Source: Laetmonice hystrix
Lineage: Eukaryota
Length of the DNA: 64,000 bases
NCBI GenBank assembly: GCA_965235115.1
Contig: OZ249445.1
Coordinates: 17,670,001 to 17,734,000, forward strand
Reading direction: 5' to 3'
The first letter of the stretch is position 1; the number at the start of each line of letters is the position of its first letter. This document shows, one piece after another, positions 22,394 through 35,029 of the stretch. The notes under the pieces are model-generated. The model made no database searches. It saw only the letters and a program-made list of their open reading frames with translations, and was not told the DNA's origin. The position numbers were made by a program, and so were the translations under genes.

Positions 22394-25385
22394 GTAGATA
22401 TCCGCTTCATCCCACCTTAATGCTTGTCTGTCTGTGTGTCCAAGCTTTTCGCCCTGTGGTGAGGTTCTCTGACTCGAAGGACATGTCCTCTCGCCAGTGG
22501 CGGTGGGGGCACAGTTCTTACACTGCACGGTTCTTTGATCATGTCCTCAGCAAAGTTTGAACATTCAGACGCTGTGTGTAACTCAGATTATTTTTTTCCA
22601 GAGGTTTTAGTCACAGATTACAGTGAGGGTTATCCCGGAGGATCGTGTTGATTCATGTATATCTGTCAATGTGTCACATAATGCGAGCAATGAAAGCAGG
22701 AGGGTTAGGTAGGGTGGATTTACAATCGGAGAGGAGGTGATATAAAGTGTACAGATTGTGCTCAAAGATACTAATCTTTACCCCCCAACGCCTGCCAGGC
22801 CTATCCCCCAACCAGTGCCAGCGCTGGCCGAGGATTCCGTGGCCCAGTTAAGGTATCTTACCGCAGTACATAATAGACTAGACTTTTACATTATACATCC
22901 TCTTAATTATACAACCCAATTAACAATAACGTAGCAACTATTGTTATTTGATATTGAGCATGCCTGACCCAATTATTTGCCCCGGTTTAGCGGCCGGGTT
23001 AGTTTAGTGGCAGACTACAGTATAAGTTTGCAGTGGTAATATTTCGGACAGTTCTACTCATGGCTGTCCACAGCCCCATGGAGACCCCGACTAGATTTAC
23101 TGTAGCTTCATTGGAGGAATGTCATATCTGCTTAAATATGCTAAAATTACTAGTTCTGATCAATTGTTCGTATAGTAATATTTCCCCCAGTGTTAAGCGT
23201 TTCCCCCAAAATACCCAATGCACCAAATATTTTCATTTTAGAATTTATGTGGGAAATTTTAAAAAAAGGTTTGGTCAGTAAGAACTAAAAAATGTTGGTA
23301 TGCTGTGGTGTCGATCATGTCGTTAGTCTCCAGGGGAGTTGGGGATGTTTTCTACTGGGAAGGTTGTTGGCCCAGTTGAACTGCCTCTCGGCGGTGGGGG
23401 GGGGGGGGGGGGGGGGGGGTTGAAGGTACAGTGGAGCAGAGAGGAGGAGGGTGCAGGGTCTTGGCAACAGGTTAGAACATTATAACCATGGGCGGTGATT
23501 GTGTAGGCCAAACCCCCACACCGTATATCAGTATGGCTCTGGGTCCCCCTGCTGCCTTGCACACCTTGGCTGCCCGCCCCACCCTTGACTCAGCACATGC
23601 CCACCCATCTACCTGTCTGGTTAAATCCATTCGTCATAATCTGGGAATACCGCAGGCTGCTCAAAGTTAATTAGCTGAAATCATTTGAAAAAAGAAATTA
23701 ATTTATAGAGGTATATACTGCAATTGCAAAGTATATACTAGGTCCACAGATAGTGTATATCGCGTAAACTATGAGAGCATTAACTGCTGTTAAGGAAGAT
23801 TCGGTATCAGAAATGATTAATTTGATTTTCAGAGTCGTTTTTGAATTGTGATTTGGACTTTGGTGAAAAGGATTGTTGAGGGATAAAAAATGCTTTCGGG
23901 TGGTCTTAATTACAGTCAGATTTTCGTGACTTCATTGATATATATTGTGCTGATAAAAGAGCTGAAAATTGTTCTTCTGGCGGCAAGAAACAAACTGTCG
24001 TCCCAAATTATGCGAATCGTGATTACAGATGAAGAGACACATCTCCCTGTCGCCTTTTCTTAACGTACCAGGTCATTGAGGTCTATAGATTGCTGGTACG
24101 GTTTTGCAAAATAGTATTTCATCCAATGGCGATGTTTGGGGAGTAAATAAGGCGGGGTAGGACCCCATCTGGTCCAGCTTTCACCCCCCCCCCCCCGACC
24201 CGACCCCGGCCCCCTGGCCGTTAGAGCCGACCGGCCGCCATGGAGGCCGTCCAGGAGATGGTTTGTAAGGTAGGATTCTCCAGGTGACAGAGAGGTAGAC
24301 CATGCCGGTGTCAATCCGGCCCGGCGGTCGGTCGGTCAGGTGACGGTACTGACCCCCGCCGGTGGCGCCCCCTGTACGTGCAGCCCGTGGCGGTCGGTCG
24401 GGCATTCCTCCCGCCGCTCTGGCTCCTAGCATTCCTTCCTCCAGACCCACACTGAAACACTGATACGTACCCCCGCATGACAAATCACCCGCTTCACACA
24501 CCCCACCCCACTGCTCACCCCCACCCCACTCCTCCCACTGAATCAACCCCAAGCGTCCTCCAAAACACCTCCAGAGGGTTCCTCCAGCAACTTTCTCGAG
24601 CGTTCTCCTGATCAACCTGTGTGCTGCCACTACCGTAGATAACGAGACTCCATGCACCACCGCCCTCTGTTGGCGAGGAGCGGAGGCTGGTAGGCAGGCG
24701 GCCTGTTGTGGTTGACTCGGCCGGGGTCGGGCCGCCCTACGTCAGTAGACCACTGCCAGGGCCGCCCCGAGCGCACCTTATATGTCGTACTGCAGGCCCG
24801 ACCGGGGATTCCTCATCCGACGCGAATTCCATAGAAATGCTTTAAAAACTATCAGAAATACGCTAGGTCCAGTTCTCATTGCCAGACCTACTAACTAGGC
24901 CTGATATCATTGAAGGCGACTATAAGCTTGTGGAATAGTTCGGAATCACCCCTCCCCCCCCCCCAACAACAAAAAAATAGAAGTATAAAAAAAATCGTTT
25001 TTATCGGTAGGCTACTGACTTTTTGGCTAGATTCTTTTTCTACTAGTTATTTGCTGGAGAATTGTTTATATTATAAAATGGGGGGGGGGGGTGTTATAAT
25101 ATAGTTCTCTGTGAGAATGAAAGATTTCCAATCTTGCAGCCCTCGTAAATAAGACATTGGTGTCTTGGAGTAAAAGGTCCGTGAAAGGCTAGAATATATA
25201 TTTCTCTGCTCGATTTTATATTAATATCCCACATGCCTGGTACACAGGACCTGTCTAGGAATGCTTCCCAATGTACATAAATGGCATGCCTGTTTTAATT
25301 AAATATTACACCAGTTTGTTACTCAGGCGCCTGTTACACTGGCCCCGCAGTAATAATAATAATATCCCATCTTTTATTTTCAAAG

Positions 25386-25572
25386 AAAAAGAGACTGTCC
25401 CCTACTGAGTACAAAGAGTTCGTTGCCATCGGTGTCAAGGTTGGTGACAGATGTGATGAAAGTCCTCGTGTCCCTGTCATAGCTGTAGCCGCATCTAGGC
25501 AACCATCTAAAATTTCAAACACCCGTCCTTCACAAATGCATGATTTTTTTTTATCCAGTCAGTACAGCTGTG
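25386..25572 (+). CDS. Exon of the large gene (187 nt, phase 0 to 1): KKRLSPTEYKEFVAIGVKVGDRCDESPRVP...SQYSC
   Basis: Acceptor cttttattttcaaag| and donor TGTG|gtatga with an open frame. It supplies the 0-to-1 phase switch needed to reach exon 29313. Confidence 0.65.
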
Positions 25573-27493
25573 GTATGAAGAATGTATTTTTTTTACCTAG
25601 TATTGTCCAAGTTGAAATTGAAGTTTTGTTATTGGTGTCATTAAGAGAATCTGGTGGCCGAGTATTCTAGTTGTACAGTTTTACCGAATGTAATTATATC
25701 CTATATATTATACATTCCCTGGTATAATGTACCTTTAGGTATATACCTTGTTTGATTCTCATTAGCATCACCACCATTATAAAATCTTATCCTTCTAAAA
25801 TTTCAAACAGGTATTGTCTTTTTAATATTATGTGTTTGAAATTTTAGAACTCATGTAGCCTAGTTTCAAATCAGTTGTAAATACACAATAAAATTATATG
25901 CTTTTTTATCTATAGTGGCAAGCACTATGAATTTTCCCTGATCGCTGTTTTATGTGCTTGCTTGAGTTTACCCCAGAACTCGGTAATAACCCTTCAGTAC
26001 AGTTTATGTTAGATGTTGAGACTAGGTCAGGTCAGTTAGGAAGATATAACTCCATTGAAACCTTAATTCAGGTGCTCAGAACGACGCAGATAGGTTACTG
26101 TGATTTCAACATATTGAATCAGTTCCTAGACAGACAATTGAGGGTGAGGTTGTCTTCAGTGTAGCAGGCTTATGTCCGGAATTATAGAATTTCCAACGCG
26201 GGCTCTGTCTTTTAGTTTCGTTGATACATTATCTTGTCATGTACACAGATATAATAATATTATATAGCAGTGACCCTGCATCATCCTTGCCTTCCTGATT
26301 TCTTAGACTTAAGCCGCTGTATCAAACACAAATACATGCTAACCCTGAATCAAACACAAACCGCATAATTGCCTCAGGTGGTGTGAATGTGTTACATTGA
26401 CCTGTGTCGTTGCTGTCATCTACTCCGGTGGTGTCCCCCATTTTCTTATTCCTCGTGGTGTCTGTCCCGTTTTACCATATTTTCTTACCCCTTGTGGTGT
26501 CCCTATTTTCTCAGTGTGTCCCATGTCCCTGCCGGAAGGCATGCAAACCTTTAGTGGCTTCTAGACAGGTGGTTACCGTCAGTGTGCTGTGGGCAGTCGA
26601 TGTGTGGGCACACCTGCCTGTGTGTAGATAACGTTTCCATGACAACAAACACCACCATATCGTATCCATTGACAACCAGTACATGTCAAACTTACTCATC
26701 ATGTCATCACAGGACTTTCACAGGCAGAAACGTAGTATACGATCTACATTTTACGATTGATTGGGCAGACTTTTAGGGGACATATCATTTTGAATGGCCC
26801 AGCAGTAAGGGAGCTACTCGGGAGAGATAGATAAACGTTTAGGGTCAGACTACTGACCCAGGAGGGTCTGAGGTATTGGCCTGGGTATTTTCCTCCATGG
26901 TTGTCGTTAGAACCCATCCTCATCCTGTATTGATAACTCATGTTGTCGCTTGCATCACCTGTCGGCATCAGCCAATTTTCGTTTCAGAGCAGCACATGGA
27001 TCTAATGGTAACACATAATATTCATTTTTCCATCGAGTTGTGCCTTGTGTTTTGTTAACTCGGAAATGTACGTGTACTTGGAACTGATGATTGTATATTC
27101 TTGGGAAGGACTCGGATCCGATTTGTGAACGGTTACTTATGATTGTTGACTTTGGTTTTACAGACAATCTCCAGTGAGACAGGCACTACCTCTGAGGGAG
27201 GTAAGTCACCATATATTGCTGCTTTATTTCTCGATTTCATCCTCATACATGTGTTGGACATTACAGATATTTCACGACTATCTTCACGTAGTTTATGTGT
27301 ATATGGACCTGTCGGTTACCATAGTGATCCAGTGTGCCTGTGTGTGTTGCTGTGATAGGATGAAGTGTGATAGCTGTTGATTGGTTAGAACGAGATTGGG
27401 GATGACTGTTGGCTGTGATTGGTTGAGAGTGGGGACAGAAAAGGTCAGGGGTCAGTTTCAGATTTTTTTATTCATGGATGACTTGACATCGAG

Positions 27494-27533
27494 ATGAAGA
27501 TGCTTACAAATGATCCAGTTTTCTCGGCTGATG
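27494..27533 (+). CDS. Candidate alternative first coding exon (MKMLTNDPVFSAD, phase-1 donor)
   Basis: gagATGa start and strong donor GATG|gtaagt. Splices in frame to 29313. Confidence 0.5.
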
Positions 27534-29312
27534 GTAAGTATATATGTATTTACTTATTCGATCCATGGCTATGAAAAAATATTATTCTCAAGACTTTGAC
27601 TCACGAGTATCGCAAATTTGGAAGGGATATAATATCACATTGCTTTCCTGAAATATGTTATTTTTAGGTGTTTTTATTATAAAATATCGGATAGAATCTG
27701 GTATGAATCTACCTGCTTGATAAGTCATCAATCTAGATCTAGCATTTCCATGATATTGTAAAGTGACAGGTCGCCAGGCTTGATAAGGTTGGAAAACCAT
27801 CGAACAGAATCAGGATGATAACACATGTATCGATTACCCAAATGTATGATACTTAGTCTGTCCGTTAATAAGGTTAATAGTATCCTCCACAAACAGATTA
27901 TTGAACAATTTATTTGAAAATCCTCATTGAACATTAAATGCCCATAGATGTTGGAGATGCAGCCCATCTAAAAATCCACTTTTGTAATCATTATAAAATT
28001 CTGGATACGGCAGAGGATCGTCATCGAGCGTTTATTATAAAGCATTGTTTAGCCATCATTTTTGCGGGTTTTCGTAGTGCCGGTGATTTTTCTGTGCCCT
28101 CGCGTCGTTGGCGGTCAGCGTTGGTCGCTGGCAATCGGTGGCGGTCGGTTTCCACTCGGTCGCACGGTTCCCCCAGTCTGTCACCTGTCCGCATCCCTCG
28201 ACCCTGTGTCCGGTGTGATACGGCAGAGGGTGGCGGCAAGCGGGCCTGGTGGCCAACGACTGGGGAGACTGTGGGACGGACGGGCAGGCCGGTCAGTGCG
28301 GCCGGACGGTGAGGGGCCTGGTCGACAGGGTTACAACATGCCGGTCACGGCGGTCCTCTGGGGGTCGTCGGTAACACTCGACTGGCACGGACCTGGTCCT
28401 GTCAACCGGCTCTCTTCTGTCCCCGCCTCCCGGCACTGCAGGCCCTGCAACTACTTGATATCAACACACTGGAGGGAAAGTACAATTCACACTGGAGTAT
28501 GCTAACACAGGAGCAGCGCCGAAAGGATATCATAGGATTGAACACAAGGATTCACATGGATTCACAACACTTGAGGAATGTTTACATTGGATTACAATGA
28601 GGATTTGATCTCTACGATTATGGATATTAAGGATACAAGGAATCTCACTGTCACACTCGGATGTTATGGATACTGTGTTTGGCGGTCGTCCGAATTTTTA
28701 ATGTTCTACTTTGTTTGCACAGTACAAAGTACAAACATTTTTCGGGTCTTTGTTGTTAAAAGTCGTGCGAGTTTTTGATGGATACGGGATACAACAGCAG
28801 AAACCCCACGGGAAAGTCAAAATGGTCTGAGAACAGTTTTTTAAATATCACCAGACTCACGTTTAAACAGTAGCAAGGTATAAAAAGTAGTGTTTTTTTT
28901 GTATCACCAGATGTGCTGGCACCTTAACGTTCACTTCCCGGTAGCACGGCAAGAATTATCACTTCTTTCCAATGACTGCACCAAAGTTCAAAGCTTTGCC
29001 AAAGTATTTTTTAATCTTTGCAAGTTTTTATATGATAATGATATGATAATGTGAAATACCGCTTGTGCTTTGACTATTTGAGATTTAGAAAATGTGTCCC
29101 ATTTCAAGGTGAAATTTTACAGTAGTTGTCGCCTGCCGAGCTGTTAAAAAACAACCCGAATTTAAATTGCCTCTTTGATGTTGCACACCAACCACTGTCA
29201 GACATAGGGCGTGTTGTGTTCATTTAGAATATAAAAGGGGGGTTTCCCCCCTTACATAATCAGTGGTTGGTGTGTTTGATGTGTTTTTAATACTTTACGT
29301 CTCCTACCCCAG

Positions 29313-29391
29313 GAACTCGCACAGTTACGTACGGCGAAGGAGGACGCACCATGACCACCGTAACCACCACAAAACAGGCGGGGAGCGAAAA
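29313..29391 (+). CDS. Exon (79 nt, phase 1 to 2): GTRTVTYGEGGRTMTTVTTTKQAGSE
   Basis: Acceptor ctcctaccccag| and donor AAAA|gtaagc. Joins in frame to the 30127 microexon and to 31798. Confidence 0.75.
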
Positions 29392-30126
29392 GTAAGCACC
29401 AGTTTCTTCCTTAACTTGATTCAATGTGGGAATAGTTGCGGTCAAAATAAAGAAATAAATTAAAAAGAAAACTGTAAAATTGCACTATAGAGTATCGTAT
29501 GAATACCATGTCTTTATTGATGTTTGAGTGAAACCCGTAGTGTTTTGAAAATATTTTCTTCTACATAAAGTTTGAACTAGTAACTATTACTACCCCCGGG
29601 AAGATGTAAAAATGGGCATGGAAGCAGCAGGGATGAAAGTCCAGTCCGATTGTGTATTTGGGAAATTGATAATTAAGTTTTGACTTTGAAATGTTGATCC
29701 TACACGTAATGGCCAGAAATGATGTTGGGAGTGATTTGGGTGATTCCGAAGTTGTTTACCCCCTGGCGGGAATGTCTGGATTCAGAGGCCATCATTTCAT
29801 CTTCATTAGATCTGGCATTTGCCGGTCCTCCTGGACGGGTAGAGGAGGCATGCCAGTTATTGAAGGGGTGTTAGTAGCCAAGAGATATACTACGTATATG
29901 CACGGGAACATTGAAGGGTAAACAGGGGTGAACGGGCAGACAAACACATGTGAGCGGAGCGGAGTTTGTTAGCAGTGGTAACCCGGGGAGAGGGCATGAT
30001 GTTTGTGAGATCTTCATCCCTGCTGTGTTCAGGCCTCGATCCGAGATGTTCAGCCCTCACGACTGTGTATGTCATCATTTCAAGCTGACTGCCTGTTAAT
30101 CTGGTTTTTCTCTCCTTTTTCTACAG

Positions 30127-30148
30127 TTTATCCCGGGAATATGATCCG
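30127..30148 (+). CDS. 22-nt microexon (phase 2 to 0): (N)LSREYDP
   Basis: Very strong acceptor tttttctctcctttttctacag| and donor CCG|gtaagt. Required to keep the frame into the 1800-nt exon. Confidence 0.75.
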
Positions 30149-31797
30149 GTAAGTAATTTTCTGTTGGTCTCAGGTTTAATTAAACAAAAGTTGATCAAAG
30201 GGTGCTCAGAAATTCATCAGTTGTGACTGGTTGATTACGCTGATATCAGGAATGTAGTGTGGGAGAGGGGTATGTAAGAGGGAGGTCGAGGTTAGGAGGA
30301 GCTAGGGGGGTTGGGGGTTGGAAGGAAGCCAGAAGTGGCAGGTGGAAGAAGGGGAGTGAGGGCCTTTGCTACCCCACCCGGCTCTCACGACCGCGGTACC
30401 CCTCCCCAGCCTGTCTGTCACTCCATCCCCATCGTCCGGCAGCAGCAGCAGCCCCCATCTTCCAGTCAGGCTATATATAGCATTGTCCTAGAAGTTTTTA
30501 GTTACACATTGGCATATAAGTACTCTGGTTGAGGCGTGCCTCGGGAGCGTCGAGTTGTTGAGACCGACCGGACGTAGTGCCTGCTGTAGCGGGGTGGGCT
30601 GTGAACGAAGCCAGGGATCCAATCGGTACAGTGGGAGTGTATCAGCCAGCCTTGGTTTACCTGGCGCCCCCCGACCCAACCCTCTTCCCCCACCGTACAG
30701 TGGGGTACCCGCAGGGGCACCGGCAACGGGACCAAGCCGGCACTGGCGGCTGGCATACAAGTAATAGACTTGACCTAGAACTAGAGCCATGCACTGAGGG
30801 CAAAGCAAGCAGACAAGCGGGCAAGCAAGGGACCGGCTGAGACAGCCAGAAAATGGACCGTTAACCAGCAACTTGGACACTTGCATTTTCGTCCATTTAG
30901 CGCGGGGCCAGTTTTTCCTACAAAGTAAGTTTGGACTTGTTGAATCTGTGAGTCTCGAGTCGGGGAGGTTTGAGAATTGCGCAGCGTTTTAGAGATAAGG
31001 AGCCGGTCTGGGGAGGAAGGGTCTATGGAAGGTTCGAGTTGACGTGGAGCGGGCTACAACTGAGTCATCTTCATGGGACGGGCAAGACGTTGTAATAGTT
31101 TCAAGCAGAATAGTTTGTTTGATAATATTTTCTTATGAAACTGATACTTACATCACGGAAAAAAGAATGACTCAAATATTTCCCAAACTTACCAAAACCT
31201 CTGAAAATGATAAAACCTGGAAGATGAGAAGAAGGGTGGGATTTGAAACCTTCCCGCTTTAGCCTGCCTACAGTCAGAGTCTTCAGATCGAGTTGAGTTT
31301 AGTTTCTGCTACTATTATAACTGAACGGTTTCCCTTTGCCTGAGTGAATGCTGATTGGGAGAATTGTGGTGAAGTTATTGGGTGAGGGCCGTCTTGGCTG
31401 GCTGACTGGTTGGCCGACTGGCTGGCTGGGTGGGTGGGGTGTAAGCTGATAGACCGGGGCCATGACGCCCTTCCCGTCTCAGGGGGGTTCCTCGCTGTGC
31501 GGGACCGGCACAGACAGGTGTGAACAAACAGATCGGACTTAATAAATTCTGATCAACTCCTCATGATATCACCGTCACAATGGGTCGATGGTTTCTGGGC
31601 ATGCTTTAGCTGTATAATAACATCAAAGAAGAAATAAAATGTATTGTTTAAAAGCTTATGATTATCGAGCCAACGAAAAAGTAAACTAAAGGCTGTTGTT
31701 TATATTCATTATTGAATGAAAGCAAACATTTTTATATGATAGAAAGTGAGCTTTTGTTGAGCAGTTCCTCACGTCTGCCTTGATCTGTGTGTTCCAG

Positions 31798-33597
31798 GTT
31801 GAGTACTTCAAGGGTGGCCACGACTACACGAGCTACCAAGGCGGCAAGGTCGACGACCGGGCCAGGAACCGCTATGGAGTTGCACTGGGGACACCGGTCA
31901 ATAAGATCTTGATCGAGAAACTCCAAGCACCAAAGATCGCTACTTCTATGCGTCAGATGTTTGAAACTGGCGACTTTTTGGACCTGCACCGTGTACAAAA
32001 GTTGGAGATCAACCGGGAAGACGCCCCAGAAGCTGGTGTGTATGAAAACGCACCAAACAAGATGGAAGGAGTTGTACGTGAGTCTGATGAAGTGACCGAA
32101 GGTGAGGTTCTGGAAGAGGGAATGACCAAGAACATTGTTCACGCGTGGAAGCAGTTCTCCGTGGACAAAGGCACCGAACCCAAGCTCTCCACCATCACCA
32201 TCGACACTTCAATGAGTGGCCCCGCCGAGCTGGAGAACCAGCCCATCCGCTTGGACGGAGTTTACCGTGAAGAAGACCCTCTGGACGAGGTGGTCGTACC
32301 AGAAGAGGGCTTCACAAACAAGCTGCGCTATAAGTTCCTGTACCCTGAGGACAACAAGATTGAACGTGGACCAATCAAGTTGGTGGAACGTGAAGATGAA
32401 CCAGTCGTCTATGAGAACGAGCCTGCCGAACAAGCCGCAGGTGTCGTGAGGTCTGACTACGAGCAGGAGCAGATGGAGTACGATTCAGGATACATTCGTA
32501 ATGTGGCAGGATTCTTCGCTACCGTCACCGATGACAGCCGCAAGTCCAAGGCACCCATTGTCATTGACCGTAGCAACGTGACCATCCTGGAGAGCCAGCC
32601 CGTCACTCTCGATGGTGTTGTGCGTGAATCGGATGTGCAAGATGTGGATGCTCAACTCAGCCTTGAGCAAGGCCGCACTCGCAATCTTGCCAGCCGATGG
32701 CAGAACATAGAGGAGGACGGGCCCAAGGAACGCAGGCAGCCCATCAACATGGATCTGGCCCCTGAAGCTGGTGTGCTTGAGAATGAGCCGGTCGTTCTGG
32801 ATAACGTCATCCGTTGCGATGCTCCAACGGAGGACGTAATGCTTCCAGGCGCTCCTGGAAGAATCAAGACCATAGCTGGCCGCTTTATCTCACCATCTGG
32901 TGAGTATGAAGGTAAACGCAAGGACATGATTCAGATCGATTTGGCAGCCGAGTCTGGCGTGGTGGAGAACACACCCGCAGAGCTTGCCGCCCATATCGTC
33001 CGCTGTGATGCGTACACAGAAGATCAGAACGAGGTCCGCATTGACCAGGGAACAGCAGGAAGCATGAAGTCGAGATGGCGTGAGCACGAAGAAGACCACA
33101 TGAAGATCCGTTCAACTGCCGACTTCCAAGAGGGACCCACGCCTTCGTGGATTCGCGAGCTCGAGAGCAAGGGTAACGGCGGCGTTTTCGAGAATCAACC
33201 CAACGAGCTCGAAGGGGTCCACCGCGAGAGGGATATCAACCCAGATGAAGTTGAGGGAGAACTAATCCAGTCCAACTTCTCCAGGTCAATGAAGAACATG
33301 TGGCTTACCCGAGAGGCCGAAGAGGAGAGGAGGATCGCTGAATCTCGCAGATTTATCCCTGAGGTAATAAAAACTGATGGCCGCCTCAAACAAGCGATAC
33401 GCGAAGCTGAAAGAGAAATGCGTTCATTAGAGACCCCGAGAGAAAAATTTGAAAGGGAAAGGAAGGAAAAGAAGGAAAGGGCAGAGCGGGAGAGGGCAGA
33501 AAGAGAGGCAGAGGAAGAGAGAAGGAAGCAGGAGGAGGCAGAAAAAGAAAAAGAAAGGGAAAAAGAGAATAGGAGAGCAGGCCACCGAAAGAAAAAG
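31798..33597 (+). CDS. Giant exon (1800 nt, phase 0-0): seven ~62-aa repeats followed by an E/R/K-rich helix. The frame stays open to a stop at 33670-33672.
   Basis: Lies within the 630-aa ORF 31780..33672. Acceptor tgtgttccag|GTT; phase-0 donor AAG|gttacc at 33597 (alternative phase-2 donor at 33668). Confidence 0.9.
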
Positions 33598-35029
33598 GTT
33601 ACCCAGCCTGCAGCAGCAGCAGCAACAGCAGCTGCTGCTGCTGGGAAACCCAAAGTGTCATTATTCAGGTAGAAGGCTACTGACTGTGCTGATCTGAGCA
33701 AAGAGTGGGGCCAGGGGACCCCATCAGAGCATGCCCAAGCTCGTCAGAGCTTTGCTGGGCTCTTAGTGCTTCGTGGAGCTGATCCAGAGAGAGCCTTTGA
33801 GTGGAGCGAGGGTACAGGAACTTATAGCGCAGCAGCTAAAATCTTGAATTGTACTCCATTTACTCTTGCTCGCCGTCATACCTCATTAAAAAGGTAGTAG
33901 TCGGGTAGAAAAGTGTTGGCTCTGGGAGTTGATAGCTATGTCATAAGAACCATGTGAGTTCGTTTGAGAAATGAAATCAGCTCTTGATACTTATAGCTCA
34001 GTCAGCAGTCAGTACTGCCATCTATCTGTGGTCGGCAGTCCGTGGAGTCAGCAGCAGCAGAATCAGACAAGAAAGGCATTTGAACTGTTGGGAGGGGAAA
34101 AATAGAGCGGCTGAACTTTTATGTTGCTATATTACACGCCAAAGTGCATTTGGAGACAGTCATGCTTTTTTTTTCTTTTTGCTCGTTATTATGATTTGCT
34201 GATCTATTGATCACGGAACTGGTGCTATGAGAAGACCACACAGCTATGGCCAAACGGGACCTTTATTGAAGAGACACGATGGAAAATGCACGCACGCATT
34301 ACCAATTCCATGAAGCGCAATTCATGGCAGTGACTCAAACTAACTCTTAACATGCCGAACTGGTGGATTAATATTATATATTTAAACGCGGATCAGTAGT
34401 ATCATATCGCTTCCAATAACTACAGCTGTCTGAATATCTTAAATTATACGTAGAGGAAACTCGCGACTTTCAGTCATCAAGTGTTGTGATTTTCACTGAC
34501 TTGAGGTTGATGATCTTGCAGATAAAGACCTCATGTATTCACTGCCTTACATTGGGAGACAGCTTTCTGTGTGGTAAACTTAGTATATTGTGTGTAGAAA
34601 GTGAAACTGAACACGTTACTGTGGAAGCACCCAGGAATGGAACACCTAAGTTATATGTTTGCCATTAGTCTGGCAGGAGAGATACTTTTGATTACACTTC
34701 GTCAAGTGAAAGACGTTGGGTTTTGGACAAAGCCCTGCCTGAACAATCTTGGGAAGTCAATATGTGAACTAGTATAAATGTGCTGGATTCTGGATTACAT
34801 CAACATTTATGTCTATGGAGACCACTGGAATTTAAAAACTAAAAAAAATGGATTGATAATCTTGGAGTACAAGGGCTATTATTAAATATCTATAGGATTA
34901 AAACAAAAATAACAATGGTCCCTATAGGGATGATGCAATTGAAGTAATACAGAAAAAGACCAAAAAATGCAGTTTAAAAAAAACCCCTAAGGTTCATGCA
35001 AAATGTGTGGATAGTGGACATGTATGTCC

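Noticed and set aside
26515-26568. Possible 54-nt exon (CVPCPCRKACKPLVASRQ) after a long pyrimidine tract
   Set aside because: Phase 0-0 cannot be placed between the phase-1 junctions at 25572 and 29313 unless upstream exons are skipped, and the pyrimidine tract is itself a short degenerate repeat.
33195-33701. Minus-strand ORFs over 13.4-14.0, 31.7-33.7 and 62.8-64.0 kb
   Set aside because: They are antisense shadows of real low-complexity + strand exons (S/L/F-rich complements of E/K/R codons).
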